A stretch of 32,000 bases of DNA. Source: Pyrinomonadaceae bacterium (GTDB lineage Bacteria; Acidobacteriota; Blastocatellia; Pyrinomonadales; Pyrinomonadaceae). Both the position numbers and the translations under genes were made by a program. Numbering within the stretch: position 1 is the stretch's first letter; every line of letters starts with the position of its first letter. The notes beneath the pieces are model-generated. The model ran no database searches. It saw nothing but the letters and a program-made list of their open reading frames with translations, and had not been told where the DNA came from. Positions 9,084 to 17,844 of this stretch are shown here, piece after piece. The stretch is from positions 814,622-846,621 of the forward strand of contig DATMDU010000171.1 of assembly GCA_035557535.1 (NCBI GenBank), in the 5' to 3' direction.

Positions 9084-10177
9084 GATCGTAAACTAGACGT
9101 CTCTTCCATTGGTTGGACTGAAAACGCCGGCTCGCTTGCGCCGAAGTATCGCCGTTGGAACCAAAGCGAGACATTTACCAGGCCAATCAATACCGGCACC
9201 TCGACCAGCGGTCCGATAACTGCCGCCAACGCAACGCCGGAGCTGATGCCAAAGACGGCAATGGCCACCGCGATGGCCAACTCAAAATTGTTGCTGGCCG
9301 CCGTAAAGGAAAGCGTGGCCGTCTTCGAATAATCCGCACCGAGCTTGTAACCCATATAAAAGCTAACAAGAAACATCACGACAAAATAGATGAGCAGCGG
9401 GATCGCGATGCGCAGCACATCCAAAGGCAGGCGCACGATCAGATTTCCCTTCAGGCTGAACATGACGACGATAGTAAAGAGAAGTGCGAACAAAGTAAGC
9501 GGACTGATTTTCGGAATGAAGACTTCGTGATACCAGTCTTTTCCTTTTGCTTTTACGAGCAGAAAACGGGTGACTATTCCTGCGAGAAACGGAATACCGA
9601 GATAGATAAATACGCTTTCGGCAATCTGGCCGATGCTCACCTGTACAATACTGCCGCGCAATCCAAACACTGGCGGCAGGATCGTGATGAAGAACCAGGC
9701 GTAAACGCTGTAGAAGACAACCTGAAACACGCTGTTGAAAGCGACGAGACCGGCCGCATATTCGTTGTCGCCGCGCGCCAGCTCGTTCCAAACGATGACC
9801 ATCGCGATGCAGCGCGCGAGGCCAATCATAATCAGCCCGACCATGTATTCGGGATAGCCGCGTAGGAACAATACAGCCAAGCCAAACATCAGAATCGGGC
9901 CGATTATCCAGTTCTGCACCAGTGACAGGGTCAGGACTTTCCAGTTGCGGAAAACCTCGCCGAGGTTTTCGTAGCGCACCTTTGCCAGTGGCGGATACAT
10001 CATCAGAATCAAGCCGACGGCAATCGGCACATTCGTCGTGCCTGCCTGAAAAGAATTAATGAAACCTTCGATGCCCGGGTACGCGTAGCCGACTGAAACG
10101 CCAACAGCCATCGTGACGAAAATCCACACCGTCAGAAATCGATCGAGAAAAGAGAGCCGTGGCTTACTGGTTTGCAT
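9080..10177 (-). CDS. acr3: ACR3-family arsenite efflux permease
   Basis: 365 aa and polytopic. The N-terminus [13 protein letters not shown] and the overall pattern are typical of Acr3. The gene is coupled to arsC. Confidence 0.92.
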   Translation of the reverse strand: MQTSKPRLSFLDRFLTVWIFVTMAVGVSVGYAYPGIEGFINSFQAGTTNVPIAVGLILMMYPPLAKVRYENLGEVFRNWKVLTLSLVQNWIIGPILMFGLAVLFLRGYPEYMVGLIMIGLARCIAMVIVWNELARGDNEYAAGLVAFNSVFQVVFYSVYAWFFITILPPVFGLRGSIVQVSIGQIAESVFIYLGIPFLAGIVTRFLLVKAKGKDWYHEVFIPKISPLTLFALLFTIVVMFSLKGNLIVRLPLDVLRIAIPLLIYFVVMFLVSFYMGYKLGADYSKTATLSFTAASNNFELAIAVAIAVFGISSGVALAAVIGPLVEVPVLIGLVNVSLWFQRRYFGASEPAFSVQPMEETSSLRS

Positions 10178-10463
10178 TTGCCGCTAAACTCCGATTTGAG
10201 GGCTGACTTCATATTGCGCTAGGCGAATACGTTCTCAGATTACGATTGGCCGTTATGTGTGTCAAAGTTGAAACTCTTAGGGATGATAGTTAGCAGCCCC
10301 GAGGGCCACGTCAACGACAATCACCTTCGTCTCGCGTGTTGGTTGAGATCAACTTTCACCCCCGGTAGTGGATTCTTGAGTTGAACAACGTCCGCGTCCA
10401 GTGCACTGTGCGGCGAATCACTTCCCTCTCCCAGAACGCCAATTTAGGCTCAACAATTGTCCG

Positions 10464-10498
10464 GAGCTTACAAGTTTCGAGCCTATCGCGCTAAGCTC
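10464..10498. repeat. inverted repeat GAGCTTA-N21-TAAGCTC upstream of the sigma-54-type promoter
   Basis: Seen directly. It lies about 95-130 bp upstream of the -24 element at 10593, the usual position of an EBP upstream activating sequence. Confidence 0.5.
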
Positions 10499-10503
10499 GA
10501 GGA

Positions 10504-10530
10504 CTGCGAGAAAATCCTGCGAGCTGCGAA
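10504..10530 (+). repeat. triple direct repeat CTGCGAG-aaaatc-CTGCGAG-CTGCGAA
   Basis: Seen directly, about 65-90 bp upstream of the -24 element. Confidence 0.55.
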
Positions 10531-10592
10531 ATACCCCCCAACCTCAAGTCCCCACGATTGATAAAGGTTTCTGAATCTGGCAGCACTGCAAG

Positions 10593-10608
10593 TGGTACGG
10601 CTCGTGCA
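10593..10608 (+). promoter_or_regulatory. candidate sigma-54 (-24/-12) promoter
   Basis: TGGTACggctcGTGCA compared with the consensus TGGCAC-N5-TTGCA. The GG-N10-GC spacing is exact. It sits about 70 nt upstream of the usp start. Confidence 0.55.
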
Positions 10609-10679
10609 CAAGCTCAAGAAGGAGGCATTACGTGCTCCTAAAACATTTTGAGAGTTAGCGACTGACGAGGATGGTACTT

Positions 10680-11165
10680 ATGAAGATCCTATTGGCTGTT
10701 GATGGTTCACCTTGCAGCGATAGTGCAGTTGAAGAGATAGCCCGCAGACCTTGGCCTGCTCGGTCGGAAATCAAAGTCTTGACAGCGTATGAGCTGCCCC
10801 TACCAGCGACTCCGGAAGCCTGGTCTATTCCCACAAACTATTTCGAAGAGTTAGACCGAGCCGCATCAGAGCAAGCTCATGCGGTCGTGGAACGAGCGGT
10901 AGCCAGGCTAAAGGCTGCGATGGGTTCCGAAGCAAACATCAGGGGGGAGGCCGTACCAGGTCCACCCCGAGTGGTGATTTTGGACGAAGCGGAAAGCTGG
11001 GGTGCTGATCTGACCGTAGTCGGCTCTCATGGCTACGGCGTATGGGAACGATTCCTGCTGGGTTCGGTTTCGCAATCGATAGTTTCTCACGCCAAGTGCT
11101 CAGTGGAAGTAGTTCGTTGTGTCAGTAGCCCAGACGTCAACGAAGTCGCGAAGGAAAAGGAATAG
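10680..11165 (+). CDS. universal stress protein (single USP domain)
   Basis: MKILLAVDGSPCSDSAV...VVGSHGYGVWERFLLGSVSQSIVSHAKCSVEVVR. GAGGA lies 9 nt before ATG 10680; the ORF-track start at 10671 abuts the RBS. Confidence 0.88.
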   Translation: MKILLAVDGSPCSDSAVEEIARRPWPARSEIKVLTAYELPLPATPEAWSIPTNYFEELDRAASEQAHAVVERAVARLKAAMGSEANIRGEAVPGPPRVVILDEAESWGADLTVVGSHGYGVWERFLLGSVSQSIVSHAKCSVEVVRCVSSPDVNEVAKEKE

Positions 11166-11170
11166 TAGTT

Positions 11171-12298
11171 ATGGCCAAAGTATTAATACTGGGAGGCGGC
11201 TTCGGCGGAGTGGTCGCCGCAGAACGTTTAGCTGAGCAACTGGGAGACGAGCATCAGATCACGCTGGTGTCACGTAGTCGATGGTTTGTATTTTATCCCG
11301 CCCTTGTCAGGCTGGCCTTTGGCAAGTGTCAGCGGGAAGACGTTTCATTTAATTTGCGGAATACCCTGCTAAACCAACGAGTCAACTTTATTGAGGCTGA
11401 GGTGGCACGCATTGATCCTGCTGAGCGGACGGTAACGATCGCACATGGTGAGGTAGAAGGACTCCTTTCTTATGATTACCTGATCTTTGCGCTAGGCCGC
11501 AGGCTGGCTACTGAACGTATTACAGGGTTCTATGAACACGCCCATCATCTCCTGAGCGTGGAAAAAGCGCTCAGGTTCAGTAAAGCTATCGCTGAGTTTC
11601 ATGAAGGACGAGCGGTCATTGGCCAGTGTCCTGGTGCACGCCTTCCTGTCCCCGTCTACGAGACTGCCTTTGCGTTGTCGCGGCTGCTCGAAGAGCGCGG
11701 GGAGCGCGAACGCGTAAGAATCACAGTCGTCAGTCCAGACCCGCCCGGCCTGCAACTCGGCGATTCTGAGGTCACCATCGCGCTAAGAAAAGCACTCTCT
11801 ACTCACGATATTGAGTTCCGACCAGATTTCCCCATCGACCGAGTCTCGGCAGGTGCTGCTACAACGAGCAACGGACACGGGATCAACTTCAACCTGCTGA
11901 TGCTACTTCCGCCGTTCCAGGGGTCGGCGGCAGCCTCTTATCTGGGCATTACCAATGATGAGTCGTACATCAATGTGGACTCGAGCATGCGCGTCGTTGG
12001 CGTTGAACGAATATATGCAGTCGGAGACTGCGTGAACTTCAGCGGTCCAAAGATGGGCCACATGGCCGTTCGTCAAGCCGAGGTTGCAGCTACTAACCTG
12101 GCTGCCGAAATCGGAGGACACCTTCCGGTCTCGCACTACGTTCACGACATGAGGCTGGTTATTGATGAGGGTGGCAGTGACAGCATCTATGTGCACAAAG
12201 ATATATGGACTGATGAACCTGCGCGTGTTAGACAAGGCCGCTTCTGGAGTTGGGCAAAGCGCGCGCAGGAAAAATATTGGGAGGCCGCGCATTCGTAA
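11171..12298 (+). CDS. FAD-dependent pyridine-nucleotide-disulfide oxidoreductase, SQR/NDH-2-like
   Basis: 375 aa. It has an N-terminal Rossmann motif (KVLILGGGFGGVVAA), a second dinucleotide region and a distal YAVGDC motif. Substrate specificity cannot be called. Confidence 0.8.
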   Translation: MAKVLILGGGFGGVVAAERLAEQLGDEHQITLVSRSRWFVFYPALVRLAFGKCQREDVSFNLRNTLLNQRVNFIEAEVARIDPAERTVTIAHGEVEGLLSYDYLIFALGRRLATERITGFYEHAHHLLSVEKALRFSKAIAEFHEGRAVIGQCPGARLPVPVYETAFALSRLLEERGERERVRITVVSPDPPGLQLGDSEVTIALRKALSTHDIEFRPDFPIDRVSAGAATTSNGHGINFNLLMLLPPFQGSAAASYLGITNDESYINVDSSMRVVGVERIYAVGDCVNFSGPKMGHMAVRQAEVAATNLAAEIGGHLPVSHYVHDMRLVIDEGGSDSIYVHKDIWTDEPARVRQGRFWSWAKRAQEKYWEAAHS

Positions 12299-13723
12299 GT
12301 GAACGTAGCAGAGCTTCGACAAGTCGAACCGGGCACCCCTGCTTTGGCCAGCGAACAATCGATCAAGGCTGTTTTGAGTAATTCACCGCTCAGCAAGCTG
12401 GCTAGCAGATGGTTTGTGGCAGGCCTCTTAGCCATAGTGCTTGTTATCTCGTCGTGGCTTTGGATTAAGGATCCGCTGTTTGCCAGGGCGCTCGCTATTG
12501 CGGGAATCTGTCTAACGCTTTGGCTCACTGAAGTTGTACCACCCTATGTGCCTACTCTCTTGCTGTGGGCATTAACTCCGCTGCTGCTGGGCGGACATGG
12601 AGAGCAGTTTTACCTGGCGCGTGTCTTAGGGTGGTCGGCAAATCCGGTGCTGGCTCTCTTTCTAGGTGGGTTCGCACTTAGCGTGGCGGCAAGCCGTCAT
12701 GGAATAGACAATCTCATCGCGCGTCTTGCCGTTCGCTTGTCTGGCGGGAACCGGCTCGGCTTGGTGGCACTTGTCATCGCAGCCACTGCCATGCTTTCGA
12801 TGTGGATGTCCAACATTGCAGCAGCGGCAATGATGTTGGTAGCTCTTCATCCACTATTTGTGGGAACCCCCAAGAACAATCGCTTTCGTCGCGCCACGCT
12901 AATGGGAATCGCGCTTGGCGCAAACTTCGGCGGCATTGCTACCCCCATCGGCACTGGGCCGAATGCAATCGCAATCGCGGCTATATCCAATAGCGTGCGA
13001 GTGACCTTTCTCGACTGGATGGTGTTTGCACTGCCGCTGGCATTCGGCCTGATGATCGCCGGAACACTACTTCTAACTGCGAGGTTCCATCTTCCCGGCT
13101 CGACTGAGTTGCCAGGCATTCCCGTCAGAGCTCCTGACCGTCGCCGCCGCCTCGTGATGCTTTTGTTCTGTGCCACAGTCGCGGCTTGGTTGACAGAGCC
13201 ATTCCACGGAACTTCATCTGCAATCGTGGCCCTAATCGCTACTGGGGTTTTGTTTGGCTCGGGACTCCTGCACCGCGAAGACATTAAGCGAATCGACTGG
13301 TCTACACTTGGTTTGATTGCCGGCGGGATCGGTCTGGGAACGCTACTGGACCAAGCGGGACTATCGAAGTTTGCTGGCGCTGCAGTACCCTGGCAAGAGA
13401 TCCCTCAGGTCGCGCGTCTATTCATGCTTTGTTTCACTGCTGCTTTGCTTGCGTCGTTAATGAGTAACACAGCATCCGTAACGATGCTAATTCCATTAGC
13501 GGCGGCAATCGATCCTGCGCCTTCGACTGCCATACTAATCGCTATTGCTGCCTCGTTCGGAATTCCTTTCGTCATCAGCACACCACCAAATGCGATGATT
13601 TATGGCGAGGGCGGGATTACTTTCTCCGACCTGGCTGTACCAGGATTGATTTTGATGATTTTGGGTTGCATTCTGGTAAGCACTACCGGTCCCTCTGTAC
13701 TCAGGATGGTAGGTATTCCGTAA
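12299..13723 (+). CDS. DASS/SLC13-type anion transporter (ArsB/NhaD permease superfamily)
   Basis: 474 aa and polytopic. Motifs include MWMSNIAAAAMM, GGIATPIGTGPNAIA, SLMSNTASVTMLIPLA and STPPNAMIYG. The GTG start directly abuts the upstream TAA; the exact start is uncertain. Confidence 0.82.
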   Translation: MNVAELRQVEPGTPALASEQSIKAVLSNSPLSKLASRWFVAGLLAIVLVISSWLWIKDPLFARALAIAGICLTLWLTEVVPPYVPTLLLWALTPLLLGGHGEQFYLARVLGWSANPVLALFLGGFALSVAASRHGIDNLIARLAVRLSGGNRLGLVALVIAATAMLSMWMSNIAAAAMMLVALHPLFVGTPKNNRFRRATLMGIALGANFGGIATPIGTGPNAIAIAAISNSVRVTFLDWMVFALPLAFGLMIAGTLLLTARFHLPGSTELPGIPVRAPDRRRRLVMLLFCATVAAWLTEPFHGTSSAIVALIATGVLFGSGLLHREDIKRIDWSTLGLIAGGIGLGTLLDQAGLSKFAGAAVPWQEIPQVARLFMLCFTAALLASLMSNTASVTMLIPLAAAIDPAPSTAILIAIAASFGIPFVISTPPNAMIYGEGGITFSDLAVPGLILMILGCILVSTTGPSVLRMVGIP

Positions 13724-13845
13724 CCCTCCAACGTGGCAAGACGGGACACGGCATGCTAGCGGGCTTTTCCTCACAGAAAGCGAAAGTTTCCCCAGCCCAA
13801 CTCAATAAAACGCCCGCTCACCCAAAGATTTCCACAATATCTTCT

Positions 13846-13862
13846 CGGCATCTTCATTGCAT
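13846..13862 (+). promoter_or_regulatory. candidate sigma-54 (-24/-12) promoter
   Basis: cGGCATcttcaTTGCAT compared with TGGCAC-N5-TTGCA. The GG-N10-GC spacing is exact. It sits 43 nt upstream of ATG 13905. Confidence 0.55.
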
Positions 13863-13904
13863 TGTGAGAGTTGGAGATAACGCATTCCTATGGAGGCAAG
13901 CACC

Positions 13905-14606
13905 ATGAGTACAAATTCGATTCGTTTGGCTGAGATTCCGATTGACGGAAATGGGGGTTTGGTTTGGAACCGACTGCACTCCGAACGAGAAGACGTTTGC
14001 GAAGCGCTGCTCAAAGAACATGTCGCAGGTTCTGAAGCTGAGACGCTAATGCAGGAGATGTCGAAGGAGGATTCCATCCGAGCCGCAGACTGGCATCGGG
14101 AGCTGCTTCAAGCGCGGTTACGCAAGATCGACGACGCGCTCGATCGGCTAATGTCAGGTTCGTATGGCGACTGCAGTAAGTGCGGCAAATGGATTGAAGA
14201 CACGAAGCTCGAGTTCGATCCCGCAATTGCATTCTGCATTAGTTGCTGGGAACGTGAACAACGACAGAATGAGCAAACGTCGCTATCCGGCGTGGCGCTG
14301 GAGACACTCGCACCCTTCGATACGATTTGGGCACGAACGCATAACAGCGATTATCGCATCTTGCTTCTCGATCCCAAGACCGGGCGCGCACTCTTGGAAG
14401 GTGGACAGTTTGCAGAGCCGGTGGAAGGAGTGGTGTATGGTTCCACCTTAGGAAGTTCCACGTTTAAGGTTGGATGGATTGGCGTAGGACTTCGCATAGA
14501 ATTCTGGACCAACGGCACCATCGTTAGCACATCAGCCGTTCAATCAGTTCGCGTCGAGCACTGTACTTTGTCTGATCCATTAGCGTGTATGTCGGTAGTC
14601 CACTGA
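13905..14606 (+). CDS. DksA/TraR-type C4 zinc-finger protein fused to an unrecognised C-terminal domain of about 100 aa
   Basis: LRKIDDALDRLMSGSYGDCSKCGKWIEDTKLEFDPAIAFCISC is the TraR/DksA CxxC-N17-CxxC finger. The C-terminal part (APFDTIWARTHNSDYRILLLDPKTGRALLEGG...FKVGWIGVGLRIEFWTNGTIVSTSAVQSVRVEH) is not recognised. GGAGG lies 8 nt before ATG 13905. Confidence 0.75.
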   Translation: MSTNSIRLAEIPIDGNGGLVWNRLHSEREDVCEALLKEHVAGSEAETLMQEMSKEDSIRAADWHRELLQARLRKIDDALDRLMSGSYGDCSKCGKWIEDTKLEFDPAIAFCISCWEREQRQNEQTSLSGVALETLAPFDTIWARTHNSDYRILLLDPKTGRALLEGGQFAEPVEGVVYGSTLGSSTFKVGWIGVGLRIEFWTNGTIVSTSAVQSVRVEHCTLSDPLACMSVVH

Positions 14607-14652
14607 AATTGTCAGCCAGGCTGGCGGCGATTTCTGGAACGCGGAGACGTAG

Positions 14653-15717
14653 ATGGAGAAAATGAAAGCAAACATTTTTCACGGCAAGAACGACATCCGG
14701 GTGGAAGAGGTTGAAAGACCACGAGCCGGAGTAAAGGAAGCCGTAATCCGTGTGACTCTGACGACGATCTGTGGCACGGACCTGCACATCGTCCGGGGCG
14801 AATACCCAGTCGCACCCGGTCTTGTGATAGGTCATGAGCCCGTTGGTGTGATTGAGGAAATTGGCGAGGGCATCACCGGATATCAGATTGGCGATCGGGT
14901 ATTGGTCGGTGCAATCACTCCATGCGGTCAATGCCGCGCCTGCTTGTCAGGACATGCCTCGCAGTGCGGGCATGGCGAGGGTTACGAGGCACTTGGTGGT
15001 TGGCGCTTCGGCAACACAATCAACGGTGCGCAGGCCGAGTATCTCCGAGTCCCGAGTGCCCAAGCCAATCTGGCAAGGATTCCTGACGAGTTGACCGACG
15101 AACAAGTTGTTCTACTCGCTGACATCGCTTCCACCGGATTCGGCGGCGCCGAGTCCGCTAATATCAAGATAGGTGACGCGGTCGTTGTCTTCGCGCAGGG
15201 ACCAATCGGCTTGTGCGCAACGGCAGGTGCCAAACTGATGGGAGCTTCCTTAATCATCGGAGTCGATGGAGACGATCATCGCCTTGCCATGTCGAAACGG
15301 ATGGGCGCGGACATAACCCTGGATTATCGAGCTGTTGATATTGTCGCAGAGGTAAAGCGGCTGACTGGAGGTGGCGCTGATGTAGCAATCGAGGCGCTCG
15401 GGACGCAACAGACCTTTGAAAGTGCTTTACGCAGCTTGCGGCCGGCAGGAACGTTATCGAGCCTTGGGGTTTATTCAGGCAAACTCGAAATTCCGTATGA
15501 AGCATTCGCAGCCGGTATCGGCGATCACAAGATCGTCACGACGCTTTGTCCTGGTGGCAAAGAGCGCATGCGCCGATTGATGGAGGTTGTCCGCCACGGG
15601 CGCGTGGATCTAAGACCTTTGCTAACACACACCTTCACGCTAGATCAGATTGGTGAAGCTTACGAACTCTTCGGAGAACGCCGCGACGGAGTCATGAAAG
15701 TAGCCATCAAGCCTTAG
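14653..15717 (+). CDS. adh: zinc-dependent medium-chain alcohol dehydrogenase (secondary-ADH, TbADH/CbADH-like)
   Basis: Motifs include GHEPVGVIEEIGEG, the GxGxxG-like FAQGPIGLCA, and LCPGGKERMRRLMEVVRHGRVDLRPLLTH, which resembles Thermoanaerobacter/Clostridium secondary ADHs. The start may be ATG 14662. Confidence 0.9.
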   Translation: MEKMKANIFHGKNDIRVEEVERPRAGVKEAVIRVTLTTICGTDLHIVRGEYPVAPGLVIGHEPVGVIEEIGEGITGYQIGDRVLVGAITPCGQCRACLSGHASQCGHGEGYEALGGWRFGNTINGAQAEYLRVPSAQANLARIPDELTDEQVVLLADIASTGFGGAESANIKIGDAVVVFAQGPIGLCATAGAKLMGASLIIGVDGDDHRLAMSKRMGADITLDYRAVDIVAEVKRLTGGGADVAIEALGTQQTFESALRSLRPAGTLSSLGVYSGKLEIPYEAFAAGIGDHKIVTTLCPGGKERMRRLMEVVRHGRVDLRPLLTHTFTLDQIGEAYELFGERRDGVMKVAIKP

Positions 15718-15755
15718 TTAATTAGGTCGTACTTAACTGAAAAGGAACAAGGCAC

Positions 15756-16697
15756 ATGAACAAGCAAATGAAAATACTGATTGCCTACGATGGCTCTGAA
15801 TGCGGCGATGGTGCACTCGAGGATTTGAAAAGTGCGGGATTGCCAAAAACGGCCGAAGCCTTGGTTATGACTATGGCCGACGTCTTCCTTCCTCCGCCGA
15901 TCAATGAAGAGATTGATAACACCTTTCCAATGTATGTGCCGGCGGGTGTGAAGCGTGCTCACGAACGCGCGGAACGCAAGCTAAAAGAAGCGGAGTCGAT
16001 GGCAAAACGGGCCGGGGAACAGATCAAGAAGAGTTTTCCCGAGTGGCATGTCCGCCACGAGGCAATCGCTGATTCACCCGCCTGGGCAATCATAAGAACA
16101 GCCGACCAGTGGAAACCCGATTTGGTAGTAGTTGGAGCGCAGGGTCATTCGGTTCTGGGTGGAAGGTTGATTCTGGGAAGCATCTCCCAAAGAGTTCTTT
16201 ATGAGGCGGGTTGTTCTGTTCGCATCGCGCGTGGCAGGCAGAGGGACAGTGCCTCTCCGCTGCGGCTTCTAATAGGCGTAGACAATTCGCCGTATTCAAA
16301 CGCCGCAATAGAGGCCGTTTGCCGACGCGAGTGGCCCAAAGGAACTGAAGTACGCCTGCTTGCAGTAGTCGATACTGTGATGGCGATTACGCCAGATCCA
16401 GCTCAACCGTCCGTAGTGAAATGGATTGAAGTAGGAAACGAAGACAACTGGGATGAGGTCCGCCAGCTCTTCCAACCGTCGGCAGATTGCCTTCGCTCTG
16501 CCGGACTTGATGCAGCAGTAATGATCAGGAGAGGCAATCCAACCAACGAACTCCTGGACGAAGCCGAAAGCTGGGGTGCGGACTGTATTTTCCTGGGCCC
16601 GAAGGGCACGCGCGGAATAGACCGCTTGCTTCTTGGCAGCGTTTCGTCGGCAGTCTCCGCGCGGGCAGGTTGCTCAGTCGAGATTGTAAGGTCGTAA
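15756..16697 (+). CDS. tandem universal stress protein (two USP domains)
   Basis: 313 aa. The first domain ends ...VVVGAQGHSVLGGRLILGSISQRVLYEAGCSVRIAR. The second ends ...IFLGPKGTRGIDRLLLGSVSSAVSARAGCSVEIVR. Confidence 0.88.
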   Translation: MNKQMKILIAYDGSECGDGALEDLKSAGLPKTAEALVMTMADVFLPPPINEEIDNTFPMYVPAGVKRAHERAERKLKEAESMAKRAGEQIKKSFPEWHVRHEAIADSPAWAIIRTADQWKPDLVVVGAQGHSVLGGRLILGSISQRVLYEAGCSVRIARGRQRDSASPLRLLIGVDNSPYSNAAIEAVCRREWPKGTEVRLLAVVDTVMAITPDPAQPSVVKWIEVGNEDNWDEVRQLFQPSADCLRSAGLDAAVMIRRGNPTNELLDEAESWGADCIFLGPKGTRGIDRLLLGSVSSAVSARAGCSVEIVRS

Positions 16698-16739
16698 GTC
16701 GTAACTCAACAGGAGGTGCCTACACGAGGCCTCAATGTG

Positions 16740-17738
16740 ATGATCAGAATCAACCGAATACTCTGTCCGACTGATATGTCTACGGAAGCCGACCAGGCAT
16801 TAGGTTATGCCTTGGCGCTCTCCCAGGCTTACGAAGCGAAGCTTGTAGTTTGTTACTGTGCCAAGGTCGCGGAGATGGTCGGCGAAACTTCATACCTCGC
16901 CGGTGCGACGGTGCGATCATCGGAAGTCGGCTACGCCCTGTCGCGAGGGCGAGTTAAGGAACTCTTCGAAGGTTCGCTAGTCAAGCTCCTTGGACCGGTC
17001 GCTTATGCGAATCTCAATTGGGAAGCGATGGTCATCGAAGGCGACGATGTAGGAGAAGCGATAACTCAAACCGCAAGTGAACAAAGTATCGATCTCATCG
17101 TAATGCGCTCGCGCCGCCGTCCACATCGCGCCGCTGTGTTAGGTTCAACTGCTGAATGGGTTTGTCGCACAGCTCCTTGTCCAGTGTTGGTGACTCACAC
17201 TGATGAACGTGAATGGGTGGATCAACCGGATGGCAAGATAAAGCTGGAGCGGTTGCTTGTCGCTTACGACTTCTCCGATTATTCAGAACTGGCCTTGAAA
17301 TATGCCTTATCGCTCGCCCAGGAGCACCAAGCCGAATTGCATCTCTTGCATGTGTTACCTCGCAACAGTGTCAGCGAGCCAGAATTAGCGTGGTATCCCA
17401 TGGGCAAGGACACTGCCTACCATCAAGCTGCGCGGCGTTTGCAGAGGGCTGTTCCGCAAGAGACTCACCTTTGGTGTGAGATCAAACATGCCGTAGCTGA
17501 GGGTCAACCTTACCGTGAGATCTTGAACTACGCGGAAAAGCATTCGATTGATCTAATCAGCCTGGGTGCTCATGGCGCCGGCTTCGGCATGCCCACGTTG
17601 TTCGGATCCAACGTCGATCGTGTCTTGCGCCAGGCACCTTGTCCCGTACTTGTGGCGAGGCCCTTGAAGCCGACAATATCAGAACCTTTGACGAGCGGTC
17701 TGACGAACGCTGCGATTCAAGTTGGAAGATCTCTTTGA
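16740..17738 (+). CDS. tandem universal stress protein (two USP domains)
   Basis: The first domain ends ...LIVMRSRRRPHRAAVLGSTAEWVCRTAPCPVLV. The second ends ...LISLGAHGAGFGMPTLFGSNVDRVLRQAPCPVLVAR. I prefer ATG 16740 to the GTG at 16716, which lies inside the AGGAGG. Confidence 0.85.
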   Translation: MIRINRILCPTDMSTEADQALGYALALSQAYEAKLVVCYCAKVAEMVGETSYLAGATVRSSEVGYALSRGRVKELFEGSLVKLLGPVAYANLNWEAMVIEGDDVGEAITQTASEQSIDLIVMRSRRRPHRAAVLGSTAEWVCRTAPCPVLVTHTDEREWVDQPDGKIKLERLLVAYDFSDYSELALKYALSLAQEHQAELHLLHVLPRNSVSEPELAWYPMGKDTAYHQAARRLQRAVPQETHLWCEIKHAVAEGQPYREILNYAEKHSIDLISLGAHGAGFGMPTLFGSNVDRVLRQAPCPVLVARPLKPTISEPLTSGLTNAAIQVGRSL

Positions 17739-17844
17739 CTAGATCTCAAGCCTCATCCCTTCAAACTGGCATCGGTACGAAGCTACGATAATTTGTTCTT
17801 AAATTGAACCGCAGTATATATGAAATCTGGCAAACGCCTAGTCC

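Noticed and set aside
9155-9865. A 236-aa plus-strand ORF inside acr3, plus other internal or antisense ORFs of at least 60 aa throughout the track (for example 12847..13284, 11903..12358, 14524..14931, 29050..29523, 31497..31958).
   Set aside because: Each overlaps a gene with a clear family signature on the other strand or frame. Their sequences are low-complexity or Arg/Ser-rich, as expected for off-frame translation.
10578-10590. TGGCAGcacTGCA, which resembles sigma-54 elements.
   Set aside because: GG and GC are separated by only 7 nt instead of 10. The adjacent element at 10593-10608 has the correct geometry.
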